A stretch of 23,714 nucleotides of DNA from an uncultured virus (IMG/VR IMGVR_UViG_3300008113_000027) (taxonomy: Duplodnaviria > Heunggongvirae > Uroviricota > Caudoviricetes): the IMG/VR virus record IMGVR_UViG_3300008113_000027. One strand, given 5' to 3'. Of this stretch, positions 1-10,200 are shown in pieces; the stretch's first letter is position 1; each line of letters opens with the position of its first letter. The position numbers and the translations under genes are program-made. The notes beneath the pieces are model-generated. The model was not told the DNA's origin, made no database searches, and was given only the letters and a program-made list of their open reading frames with translations.

Positions 1-3000
1 TAGATTCTAATGTTCTCTTTGTTTCTTTATCTAAACCTAATGAGAGAGCATTCATTATTGACTCTACTAACTCTTCACTTAATGTAGGAAACTTAGTATT
101 GTATATTTGATGACCTCCATCTTCTGACCAAGCTCTTACATCTAAAGTTGCTCCTAATTTTAATGCTTTTTGTATTCCATCTTCATTAGCATTTTTAATT
201 TTAAATTTAATATAAAATTCTGCAATAGGCATTATAACACTTTTGCTTCCATTACTTACATATACATGACTTACTTGATTATTATTATCTACAATACCCT
301 TAACAAGTACAGCATTTTTATCTATACTTCTAATTCTTTTAGTTTGGTTGTTAGGATATTTTTTAATCATCCCAGCAGTCTTACTTGTTATTTCAATTTT
401 TGGAGTACCACCTTTCTTTTCAGTATCTATAAGATACTTTCTTAAAGCTCTAAGGTCAGCAATTTGTTTTGTTTTTTGTTCAGCATTTAAACTATTATCT
501 GTACTTATTTTAGTTACATCGTGAATATAAGCAATAGGACTTCCATCAGGATGTTTAACAGTAAGAGGAGCAGCATCATAATATGCTTGAGAATTTAAAA
601 AATTCATTCCTTCTTTTTCTACATTTCTTTTTACCCATTCTCCAAATTGAATAAGTTTAGGTTTACCATTTTCATCAAAAAGAACTTGTCCATTTTCATC
701 TCTATCTTTAATAAGTATAGTGTTTAAATTGTTTACACCTAATTGTACAGATAATTGAGTACCAGGTTTAAACTTATCTCTTCTTAATAAGTCTTTAAAC
801 TTATCAATATTATCAATATCTTCTTCTTCAAATGTTTCAATTAATGTTACTATTTCTCCTTCTTCAGTTGTTACCTTTGTAAATCTTGCTGAAAGATTAG
901 TAGAGTTATAACCTAATCTAAATACTGCATCACCAAGAAGAGGTATAGGTACAAATACTGTATCACCAGATGCAGTTTCAACAGGTTTCTTACTTGTGTT
1001 ATTTTCTAAGTTTGATTTATTAACTTGTTCTTTAAATTCTTTTTCTACAAGTTGTTGTTCTTCAGCAAACTGCATTAATGAGTTTGCTATTTCTTTTCTA
1101 CTTTTAAATACTTTATCATATACTTCTTTGTAATTTTCAATAGGCATTCCATTTAATTCCCACCCAAGAGCTAATGTATCAAACAATATTTTTGCTTGCT
1201 CTTTACTTGAATTTACAATATAATCTCTGATAAACTTTTCAAAAGTAGGTTCAGAACCAAGTTCTTCTTCAAGTGCAATTATATAATCACCCACTTGTTC
1301 TTTAAGTTGATTCTTTGCTTCAGGACTAAGTCTATCACTTATTTCTTTAGGGTCAAAACTTTTAAGGTCATCTTCTACATAAGCATCACTATCTTCTTTA
1401 GGGTCATTACTTAATGGTATTGCAAACTTATATCTATTTGGAATTGACTTGTTTGGAATTACAACTAAATCAGTATTGTTTGAACCTTGTAGTCTTTTAA
1501 TTAATTCTAATTGTGCTTTAGCTTTTTCAGTTAATACTTCATCTACAACATTACCAAATTCATCTACAACTTCTTCAGTTTCAAGGTCAAAGTTTATTGA
1601 GTTCTGACCTGATGCATCTATTTGTTGTTTAATATCATTAGTAAAATTAATTAAGTCAGCATCAGTATTAGATTCAACAGCTTCTTCATTTAATTTATAC
1701 TGAGTTATTATTTCTTGAGCTACAGGTTTTTTAACTTTTAACAAACTTGCAATAAGATTCTCATTAGGTTTTTCTTTGTTAAGTTCTTTTTCTAATGTTG
1801 CTTTTTGTTGTTCATTAAGATTAGGATTATGTTTATCAATAAGAGTATCAAGTTTAGACTTAGTACCTACTAGAGGAATTTGAGGTTCAGGTTCTGACTC
1901 AATAATGTTATTTATATTTCCAGCAATTTGTGTTTTTTCATCAGTTACTGTACCTTCTTCATTTGCTGTTTCAGGAGTAACAACATCTGAAGTTTGGTCA
2001 TTAGCTTTTATTTTTTCAAGTTCAATTCTTTTATTTTCTACTTTAATAGAGTTAGAGTTTTTAAATCTTTCTTCTTCAGCAGATAAAGGTATTCCTTGAA
2101 CTAGTTTATTTGCAACTAATTCTATTTTAGTTTCTTTAGGGATATTAGCAAAAGGAATTTCTTTTTCAACTTCTTCTGTTTCTTGCCTTGCTTGTTCATC
2201 ACTTTTTAATCCTTCTTCTAATTGTGCTTTTTCTGCTAATTCTCTAACAGCTCTTTCTCTATTATTTTTATTTACAAAAGTCTTTTGTCTAAATAATTCA
2301 AAAGCTTTTGGATCCATTTTATTTTTATAATGATTGAGTATTTTTGAATCTACTTCATTCATATATTTATCAGTACCAAAAGATTCAACTAAATCTTTTT
2401 CTATAGATTTATATTCTTGAAGTATCATATTTTGATACTTTAAATTCTTTTGATTTTCTTTAGAAGTCATGTCAGCATAAGCTGCATTTGCTTCTGCTAT
2501 TCTTATTTCTGTTGCTTCAAGTTGTTCATTTAAATCTAAAAATTCTTGATATGGTTTAACTTGATTTTTAATTTGTTCTAATTGTTTAGAAGCATTTACT
2601 CCTTCAACAGTACTTACATATCCTTTAGGAGTAAGTTCTAATTCTATTTCTTTTTTTTCTGTTATAGCTGGAGTAACAACTTCTTTTATTGTACCATCTT
2701 TATTCCATTCTATTTCTTTAGTTTGCTCAATAATTTCATCATAACTTAAATCAAGCTTACCTGCTTGTTTTAAAAGTGCTACTTCACTTTGAGCTTCAAT
2801 CTTTTTCTCAGCAATTTTATTTTTTAATTCTTGTGCTAATTTAGTATCTTGTCTTTGATTAATTCTATTTTTAAATACATGACTACTGTTTTCATATTTT
2901 ATTGCTTCATTAAAATCATTTTCCATACCAATGATTTCTTGGATTGCTATTTTAGCAGCATTTCTTACTTCAGGTTTTAATGTTGAATCATCAGCTATTT

Positions 3001-4759
3001 TTTGCCAATTATCAATAAGTACTTTAGTAGTGCCTGATTTATATGCATCAAAAGCTTGAATAGCAAGTATCTTTTTACTTGCTGCTTTTGCTTCATCAGT
3101 TTTGCCTTCAGCTTCAAGTTTATTTACTTCTTGTAATATTTCATTTACTTTTTGTGCACTTTGTATTGGGGCAGTAAGTTGTTCTACTATATCAGGTTGT
3201 CCAATAGATGCACCTATTTTATTCCATTCTTTAATAAAAGCTTGTTGCTCATCATAATTTTTTTTATGCTCACCTCTTTTATAAAAATCTAAACCTCCTT
3301 TTATTCCAGTACCAACACCAAACCCTGTAATTCCCCCAACAATATTTTCCCAATTACTTAATGTATTCCACGCATCACTAATAGTATAATCTAAACCAGC
3401 ACCTGCTGCTTTACCCACATCTTCAGCTAAACTTTCAATTCCCCATTCTTCTATATACTCTTGTCCACCTTCAAAAAGCATTGCTCTTTTATTAAATGGA
3501 GATTTTTTTATTAACCCTCTAGTTACTGATTTTTTTATTGGTTCTCCTATAAATGTTTTTACAAATGCAGAAGACATTGTAAGGTTTAAAAGAAAAGCAG
3601 GAGTCATTGCTTTAATTGCAACCTCTGCTCCTTTACCTGCAGTTTTACTTGCTGATGAATGATATTCAGGATTTTCATTTGCAAACTTTCTAATATAATC
3701 TTTCTTTGCTTTTAATGCTGCTGCTTCTGCATCTCCTGCCCATGAACCTTCATTTAATAATTTTTGTTTTGTTTGTTCATAAGCTGATTGAGCTGCTGTT
3801 TCTAATTGAGGAGCTAAACTAAAAAGTTTATTTTGATATGATTCATTATATACTTCTTGAGCAATAGAAAATCCTGTAGATTCAGTCATTAGAAATGCTC
3901 CACCTAAAGTATTTAATGCTTGTTTTGCTTTACCTAATAAAGTACCTGCTGCTGCTTCAGCTCTAACTGCTTGTTGAATAGCAGTTAATCCTCTTAATCC
4001 ACCACCAAAAGCAGAAATTCCTTTGGCTGCAGTTCCTACAGCACCTCCACTTAAAAGCACAGAACCAACACTACCAAATATTTGTGGACCATAATTAGCA
4101 ATAGTACTTACCCAATTAAAATTTTCATTTTCATATTTAACAGTATTTACTGCTCTATCCCATTCTCTTACAAATGATGCTCTTCTTGTGGCAATGTTAC
4201 CAAACTCATCTCCATCACCAAATATAGTATAGTTATCTAAAAATTTAAATACTTCATTACTAAAAAATGTTGGTTCTACATATTTACTATAATCACCAAT
4301 ATTAGTTTCTGCACCAAATAAACTTGTAACAAAATCTACTCCCCCACCTATTGTTGGAAGTCTTATATCAGCAGGGTCAATTATTACACCAACTGTGTCC
4401 CATAAACCTGCTGCAACATTAGTATAAAATGAACTAGCTACTTTAAGTCCTGTACTTATTACACCATCATATTGTTGTTCTACAGCATTTTTTCTTAAAC
4501 TTTCATAAGTTTGCTCATAAGATTGTAACTTATCTATTGCTTCTGCTGACCAAGATGTTCCCCCTATTGACCTACCAGTTAAATTTGTATTTTCTATATC
4601 TATACCTTGTTCTTTTCTTTGTTTACTTTCAGTAAACACTTCATTAAGGTCAATTACTTTACCACTTTTAGTAGTAATTATATTTTTAGATGGAACATTA
4701 GTTGTTGTATTTACAGGTTCTGTATTTTGATTTACAACTTTATCATCTCCGTTTGCCAT
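1..4759 (-). CDS. Giant virion cargo/ejection protein, N-terminal part (>1586 aa, runs off the left edge); occupies the position of the crAss-like virion RNA polymerase-associated giant proteins
   Basis: Not in the ORF track. ATG at 4759, 4 nt after the stop of the 815-aa gene, reads MANGDDKVVNQNTEPVN... All stretches I translated (N-terminal ~500 aa and ~1500 down to 2) are open in one frame, ending ...LGLDKETKRTLES at the edge. Gly/Ala-rich hydrophobic segments, an EGGQEYIEE motif and long Glu/Lys-rich helical stretches. No RNAP catalytic motif noticed in the translated parts. Confidence 0.85.
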   Translation of the reverse strand, partial: MANGDDKVVNQNTEPVNTTTNVPSKNIITTKSGKVIDLNEVFTESKQRKEQGIDIENTNLTGRSIGGTSWSAEAIDKLQSYEQTYESLRKNAVEQQYDGVISTGLKVASSFYTNVAAGLWDTVGVIIDPADIRLPTIGGGVDFVTSLFGAETNIGDYSKYVEPTFFSNEVFKFLDNYTIFGDGDEFGNIATRRASFVREWDRAVNTVKYENENFNWVSTIANYGPQIFGSVGSVLLSGGAVGTAAKGISAFGGGLRGLTAIQQAVRAEAAAGTLLGKAKQALNTLGGAFLMTESTGFSIAQEVYNESYQNKLFSLAPQLETAAQSAYEQTKQKLLNEGSWAGDAEAAALKAKKDYIRKFANENPEYHSSASKTAGKGAEVAIKAMTPAFLLNLTMSSAFVKTFIGEPIKKSVTRGLIKKSPFNKRAMLFEGGQEYIEEWGIESLAEDVGKAAGAGLDYTISDAWNTLSNWENIVGGITGFGVGTGIKGGLDFYKRGEHKKNYDEQQAFIKEWNKIGASIGQPDIVEQLTAPIQSAQKVNEILQEVNKLEAEGKTDEAKAASKKILAIQAFDAYKSGTTKVLIDNWQKIADDSTLKPEVRNAAKIAIQEIIGMENDFNEAIKYENSSHVFKNRINQRQDTKLAQELKNKIAEKKIEAQSEVALLKQAGKLDLSYDEIIEQTKEIEWNKDGTIKEVVTPAITEKKEIELELTPKGYVSTVEGVNASKQLEQIKNQVKPYQEFLDLNEQLEATEIRIAEANAAYADMTSKENQKNLKYQNMILQEYKSIEKDLVESFGTDKYMNEVDSKILNHYKNKMDPKAFELFRQKTFVNKNNRERAVRELAEKAQLEEGLKSDEQARQETEEVEKEIPFANIPKETKIELVANKLVQGIPLSAEEERFKNSNSIKVENKRIELEKIKANDQTSDVVTPETANEEGTVTDEKTQIAGNINNIIESEPEPQIPLVGTKSKLDTLIDKHNPNLNEQQKATLEKELNKEKPNENLIASLLKVKKPVAQEIITQYKLNEEAVESNTDADLINFTNDIKQQIDASGQNSINFDLETEEVVDEFGNVVDEVLTEKAKAQLELIKRLQGSNNTDLVVIPNKSIPNRYKFAIPLSNDPKEDSDAYVEDDLKSFDPKEISDRLSPEAKNQLKEQVGDYIIALEEELGSEPTFEKFIRDYIVNSSKEQAKILFDTLALGWELNGMPIENYKEVYDKVFKSRKEIANSLMQFAEEQQLVEKEFKEQVNKSNLENNTSKKPVETASGDTVFVPIPLLGDAVFRLGYNSTNLSARFTKVTTEEGEIVTLIETFEEEDIDNIDKFKDLLRRDKFKPGTQLSVQLGVNNLNTILIKDRDENGQVLFDENGKPKLIQFGEWVKRNVEKEGMNFLNSQAYYDAAPLTVKHPDGSPIAYIHDVTKISTDNSLNAEQKTKQIADLRALRKYLIDTEKKGGTPKIEITSKTAGMIKKYPNNQTKRIRSIDKNAVLVKGIVDNNNQVSHVYVSNGSKSVIMPIAEFYIKFKIKNANEDGIQKALKLGATLDVRAWSEDGGHQIYNTKFPTLSEELVESIMNALSLGLDKETKRTLES

Positions 4760-4763
4760 ATAT

Positions 4764-7211
4764 TTATTGAGTATATTTTTTAAATAATCTTAATGCTTGG
4801 TCTGAAGTTTCAGCTATTTCAGGTTTATTAGGGTCACTAGTTAAAAAATACCATACTGCTTTACCTTTACCTTTACCATTAGGTGCAATATATATTTCAT
4901 CATTATATTTTATCATTCCTTTAAAATTATCAATGTTTTGAATTGAGGCTTCTGCATCTCTTTGAAAAGCAGTAAACTCTTGTTCTGCTTTAAATTTTTG
5001 TTGTATTTTATTAACATCAGTATTTCTTAATTCGTTACTTGGAATATATAAATCATAACTTACAGTATTTCCTTTTTCATCTTTTCCTAAAATTGTTGTA
5101 CTAATTGAGTTAGCTCCAACTTCTTCAAAATCATCAACAGCAATTTGATACTTTCCTATTTTTCCTTCAAAGACTATCTTATTATTTTCTTTTTTATTTA
5201 CAACTGTTATATTTCCAGCATCATCATAAGTAGTAGAGTATGTATCTTTATCTCTAAAATAATTAGCAAGTGTAGTACCACTAAAAGTAGTCATACTTGT
5301 ATTATCTGAACTTCTTGTTTTTGTATTTGTAGCACCACCTAATATATCAAAAATTTCTCTAGTTCCTAAATCATCAAGTGCTTTTTGAACTGTATTTGCT
5401 TCTTCATCAGTAGCTCCCCAAGACCTATATAATTCACCAGAAGTTTGTAAAGAACTTCTTGCTATTGTATTTTTATTTCCTTTTACTTTGGGGTCAAGAT
5501 TTAAATTTGCACCTATTATTTTTTTCTTATTTGCTTCAGAATAAGCAATTTGCTTTTCAAGGTATACTATTTCTGCTGCCAAAGAATCTTTTCTATCTTG
5601 AGAAGAAGATGCACTCATTTCTTCTTTCTTTTTTTCAATTTCTTTTTTAGCCATACTAATTAAGCTATTTTGAATTGAAACAAGATTTTTACTAACTGAA
5701 CTTAAGTTTTCTTCAGCTTCTTCATATAATGCATTATAAACAGTTTTTTGATTCTCTAAATCTGTTTTAGCTTTATTATAATTTTTTTCAAACTCATCTA
5801 CAGTAGTAAGATTAGGGTCTTGATTTAGTACTTTAGTACCTACAAATGATTTTAATCCTGTAAAGTCAATTTTGTCAGGTTTAAAATATGCATCTAATTG
5901 GTTTTTAATAGCTGTTATTTCTGTTTGAGTTTTGTCTTTACTTAAAATTGTAAGTAATCTTGTTTTATAATTTTCAGCATCTGTATTTAATTTATTTTCT
6001 AAAGTTGTAAAATTAGCTTCTACTTCTTCAACAGTTTTACCAGCAAAACTTTTTCCTTCAAATGAATTGTTATCACTATCCCATACTTTTTTCATTTTAT
6101 CAGCTTCTAATGCTCTAGCATTTGCTAATTCTAATGCTTTACCTGCTGCTTGTAAATCAAATGGGTCTGCATCATAATCTTCTTTTGTAGTAATGTTATT
6201 CTTATCTTTTTTATCTGCTGCTGCTTTAGCAATTCTATATAAGTTACCAGGATTTTTAAATTCAGTTATAGGTTTTTTTGTAATAGGGTCTATTGCTTGT
6301 TGATTTGTAGCAGGGTCTATTACTGGTTTTAATGCAAGTTGTCCTGTATCAGGGTCTATTTCTCCAAACTCTTGTTGATATAACTTATCAAAATACTGGT
6401 CATATAATGCCTTATAATCACCTCCTGTTCTTTTTATTTCTTCAATTGCTTTAATTTGTGCTTGATGTTGTATTCCTTGTACTAGTGGTTGAGTTACTTT
6501 TTCATCAAGTGTCATGGTATTTAATATACCCATAGTCAAATCATTTAATCCTAAGATTTCAGTTTTTGTCATTTCTGTTTTCCAATAAGCTCCTTCTTTT
6601 GTTTTTTTCCAATTTTCTGTAGTAGTTGGTTCCCAATTTTCAGCAGTCTTTTTAGCATACTCAGAATTATCCATATAGTCATACAATAACTCAGTACCAT
6701 AAGGATTAAACTTACCTGTTTCTTTATTAAACTGTGCACCTTTATTAAGCTCATATTGTAAATCATAAGCTCTCATTGCATTTTTAACTTGGTCAACATT
6801 TAATCTACCATCCTTACCTGTTGCATCTTCAATTGCTTTTTTTTCAAATTCTTTTCTTATTGCTGCATTAGTATTATATGCATACAATTCTCCTTCGGTC
6901 AAATCTTTAAAAATTTCTTGACCTAAATCTCTAATACCTTTTTGTTCTTTAATTGCAGCTAAAGGATTTTCCCAAATCTTTAAAGAATGTTCACTAATCT
7001 TTTTTTCAAGTTCAGCTACTCTTGCTTTTCTCTTTGCTTCATCAGGGTCTAATGCAGCAGTCTTTAACTGTTTTTGTAAATCAGTTAAGTAAGCTTCTTG
7101 TCCTTCAAGTTGAGCATCAGCACCTTTAACAGCAGTCATTATTGCTTGCTCAGGTAATTTAAACATGAAATCAATCATTTCAGGTTTTGATGTTTTATAA
7201 AATCTTCCCAT
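4764..7211 (-). CDS. Putative virion cargo/ejection protein (815 aa, largely helical)
   Basis: Long ORF between two giant cargo-like genes. The N-terminus (MGRFYKT...FMFKLPE) is followed by coiled-coil-like sequence. Function is inferred from position only. Confidence 0.7.
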   Translation of the reverse strand: MGRFYKTSKPEMIDFMFKLPEQAIMTAVKGADAQLEGQEAYLTDLQKQLKTAALDPDEAKRKARVAELEKKISEHSLKIWENPLAAIKEQKGIRDLGQEIFKDLTEGELYAYNTNAAIRKEFEKKAIEDATGKDGRLNVDQVKNAMRAYDLQYELNKGAQFNKETGKFNPYGTELLYDYMDNSEYAKKTAENWEPTTTENWKKTKEGAYWKTEMTKTEILGLNDLTMGILNTMTLDEKVTQPLVQGIQHQAQIKAIEEIKRTGGDYKALYDQYFDKLYQQEFGEIDPDTGQLALKPVIDPATNQQAIDPITKKPITEFKNPGNLYRIAKAAADKKDKNNITTKEDYDADPFDLQAAGKALELANARALEADKMKKVWDSDNNSFEGKSFAGKTVEEVEANFTTLENKLNTDAENYKTRLLTILSKDKTQTEITAIKNQLDAYFKPDKIDFTGLKSFVGTKVLNQDPNLTTVDEFEKNYNKAKTDLENQKTVYNALYEEAEENLSSVSKNLVSIQNSLISMAKKEIEKKKEEMSASSSQDRKDSLAAEIVYLEKQIAYSEANKKKIIGANLNLDPKVKGNKNTIARSSLQTSGELYRSWGATDEEANTVQKALDDLGTREIFDILGGATNTKTRSSDNTSMTTFSGTTLANYFRDKDTYSTTYDDAGNITVVNKKENNKIVFEGKIGKYQIAVDDFEEVGANSISTTILGKDEKGNTVSYDLYIPSNELRNTDVNKIQQKFKAEQEFTAFQRDAEASIQNIDNFKGMIKYNDEIYIAPNGKGKGKAVWYFLTSDPNKPEIAETSDQALRLFKKYTQ
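6285..6360 (-). repeat. Three copies of the 10-mer agggtctatt, encoding IDPxT repeats in the 815-aa protein
   Basis: Copies at 6285-6294, 6312-6321 and 6351-6360; protein EIDPDTGQLALKPVIDPATNQQAIDPITKK. Confidence 0.8.
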
Positions 7212-7217
7212 GATTAT

Positions 7218-10200
7218 TTACCTTCTTTTAGTTGTTGCTTTAATAAATGATTGGTCAGTTACACTTGGTAAATTTATATCTGTAAAAGTAGGATTAAAAT
7301 ATGGATTAATTCCAAAAGAATTAAATGTAGTAGGGTTAGTAGTTGTAACTGGAGTTTGTACTTTATTTTTTGCAGCTTCTTCTTTGTTTACTTTTTCTAT
7401 TAATAATTCTTTTTCTCTTTCACTAAGAGTTTTACCATTATGAGTAAAAACTACTTCACCATTTCTCATTGATACACCAATACCATATTTAGAAAACATT
7501 GGTGACATATTCAACAACATTTTATTGTATTGTGCAGTATTTAAATCTCTACCTGTTTTCTGCATTAGTTCAGATTGAGATGCAAGATTTTGTGAAAGAT
7601 TAGTATAGAATTGGTCAATGTCTTGTCTATCAGCCAAATCTCTATTGTACTCACCTTGCATTACCATTTGGTCTTGTTGATTTTCCATTTGTGCTTTTTG
7701 ACCTAACATCTGTGCCATTTGTTGAGCATACATATTGTAAGCTTGATTCTGTGCTTGGTTAGCTCCCATATCAGCAGCAATATCCATTGCTCTTAAAGTA
7801 TTAACACCTCTTGCAGAATTTCTACCTCTTTGTCTTGATGCTTCTTCTCCTAGTTTAATATCTCCTAATTGTTTATCTCTATTAATAGCAGCAAGTGCTT
7901 GAGCTTCTTGCATAGCTCTTAATCCTTCAGCACCATACTCTCTAAAGAAATTTACATTCTTAGGAGTTTCCATTCTATTAAGAAATGTACCCATCATTGG
8001 TCCAACACCACCAAATAGATTACCTGCTAATCCCATTAAGTCACCACGAGTAAAATCTAAATCTTCACCTGATTTAGTTTTATCTGATTTAGTACCTTTA
8101 TCTTTTTTAGGTTTACCATTCTTATCAAATAATCCACTAAAAAAATCACCTGTTTCATCTACTGCTTTATTTAAAAAGTTCATAAACTTATTAGGTTTTT
8201 TTCCTTTTTCTTCAGATAACATTTTATTACCAATCACTTCATTGTATAATGGATTAGGAATCATTCCACCTTTAGTATTAATATATGGGTCTTTTGAAAG
8301 AGCAATATTTCCAAATGTATTTCCCATTACATTATTCATTACATCATAAGGATTAACACCTGGAGAATCATAAGGATTTTCTACCCATTGCCCATTTATT
8401 TTTATAAGGTTATCCATTTCTTCAATTGGAGTTCCTTGTTGCATATATCTTTTTTTATCTTTTTGAAATCCAAAACCACCTAAATTTACTTTTTGAAATA
8501 AATCTGAACTTTCATCTGGTACAGTAATTGTTTTGTTTGGATTATAAGGTGTACTTGTTTTAATAGTAGTTGATACTTTTTCAGGTTCTGTTGTAGGAGT
8601 TTTAGTATTTAAATTTATTTCAGATTCTATTTTAGGAATTATATTTTTAGGTCGCAAAGGTTGGCTAAATAAATACATTTCAGCACTAGGTTCAATATTA
8701 GGATATTCATTAGGGTATTCTCTATCTATCCAATATTTTTGATAATCACTTGACAAATTAGTTTCTAATTCATTAAACGCAGGATGTTTAGAGTCAATAT
8801 TAACCCAATCAGTTCCTTTTCCTGCTGGATTAAAATAACTCCATTGATTATTATCACCTTTTTCATCATAAGTATTTCTATAAATATAAGATGGATATTT
8901 ACCATATCCAGAATACATATCATGATTTAAATTTTTATCACTTGAAGGTGTATATTTATAAGGATGTTGATAATTTTTTTCATTCAACATTTGTGCATAA
9001 TTTGCATCAGTCATTTGAGGATAAGCACCTGTTTGAGGAGCAGTATACTCAGGAATAAATGGATTAACTAATCCATAAGGAGGAGTACCATTATTAAGTT
9101 TACCACCATACATCATCATTCCCATTTGTTGCATCATAGCAGGGTCTTGCATTAACCCAGCCATTGCTTGTTCTTGCATCATAACCTGTTCTGCTTGTTG
9201 AGCCTGAGCTTGTTGTTGATTAGCTTGTTCTTGCATAGCCATATCACTCTGCTCTTCTAATGCAGCAGTTTCTTTTTGTCTTTCCAATGATTGTCTTAAA
9301 AACTTATCATGTGGAGATTTGCCTAATAGCTTTTCAAGTTTAGCAATATTTCTTTCTCTTTTATCTTTTCTGTCAGCCATAGTCTTACCATTTACTTTAA
9401 GTCTATCAGAATATACTTTAGTACCTTCAGGTAATGCAACAGGTATTCCTCCATTTTCATGACTTGGTCCTTCAAATTCTCCCATTTGTCCATTAGGCAT
9501 TTCATACATCTCTTGTCCTTCTACTTCAACAGGAATGTTTTGAGGTACTTGTCCACCTTGTGCATAAGAACCATACATCATTTGTTGCATATACATTGAT
9601 GGGTCAATCATACCACCATAAGCATGTTTCCATCCTGCTGCATTTTTTGCAAAGTTAGCTTTTTTAACCATAGCACTTGAATAATTATCTTTGTTAGCTA
9701 ATACCTTAGATGCAAATTCTTGCACTCCCATTCCTCTTTTTTTAGCAGCTGCTGTAAATGTACCTCTTTTAGAAGGTTTAATATGTATAGTTCCACCAGT
9801 TCCATACTCATCTACCATACCACCATAACCCATCATAAAACCTGTATTAGGTTTTGTAGGTCTTAATTCTGGTTCAGGTTCTCTAATAGCTTTAACCATA
9901 TCAGTTACAGCTTTACTTGTAAGGTTTACTAAAGCATTAGCACCTACATCAAAAAGCATAGGTGCAAGTGTAGCACCAAAACCTAATTTAGGAATTTTGT
10001 TATTTTTCATATTTGGAAAAGCTGCTTCACCTGATGACACTTCATCATCATTAATTAATTTTATTTCTTGCGGTTCTTTATCAGATTTAATATTTATAGG
10101 TTCAGTTTTTTGTTTTTTTCTTGTTCCAAGTTTATAATTAAGGTTAGCACTAATATTAGAATCTGTTGGAGAATACATTCCTGATACTCCAACATCATAA

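Noticed and set aside
666..700. Repeated ccattttcatc (DENG...DENG) in the giant ORF
   Set aside because: An 11-bp, two-copy beta-turn motif common in phage proteins; no evidence of a separate function.
1..4759. Calling the giant ORF the virion RNA polymerase
   Set aside because: No catalytic DxDxD or double-psi-barrel motif was recognised in the visible part; only its position suggests the link.
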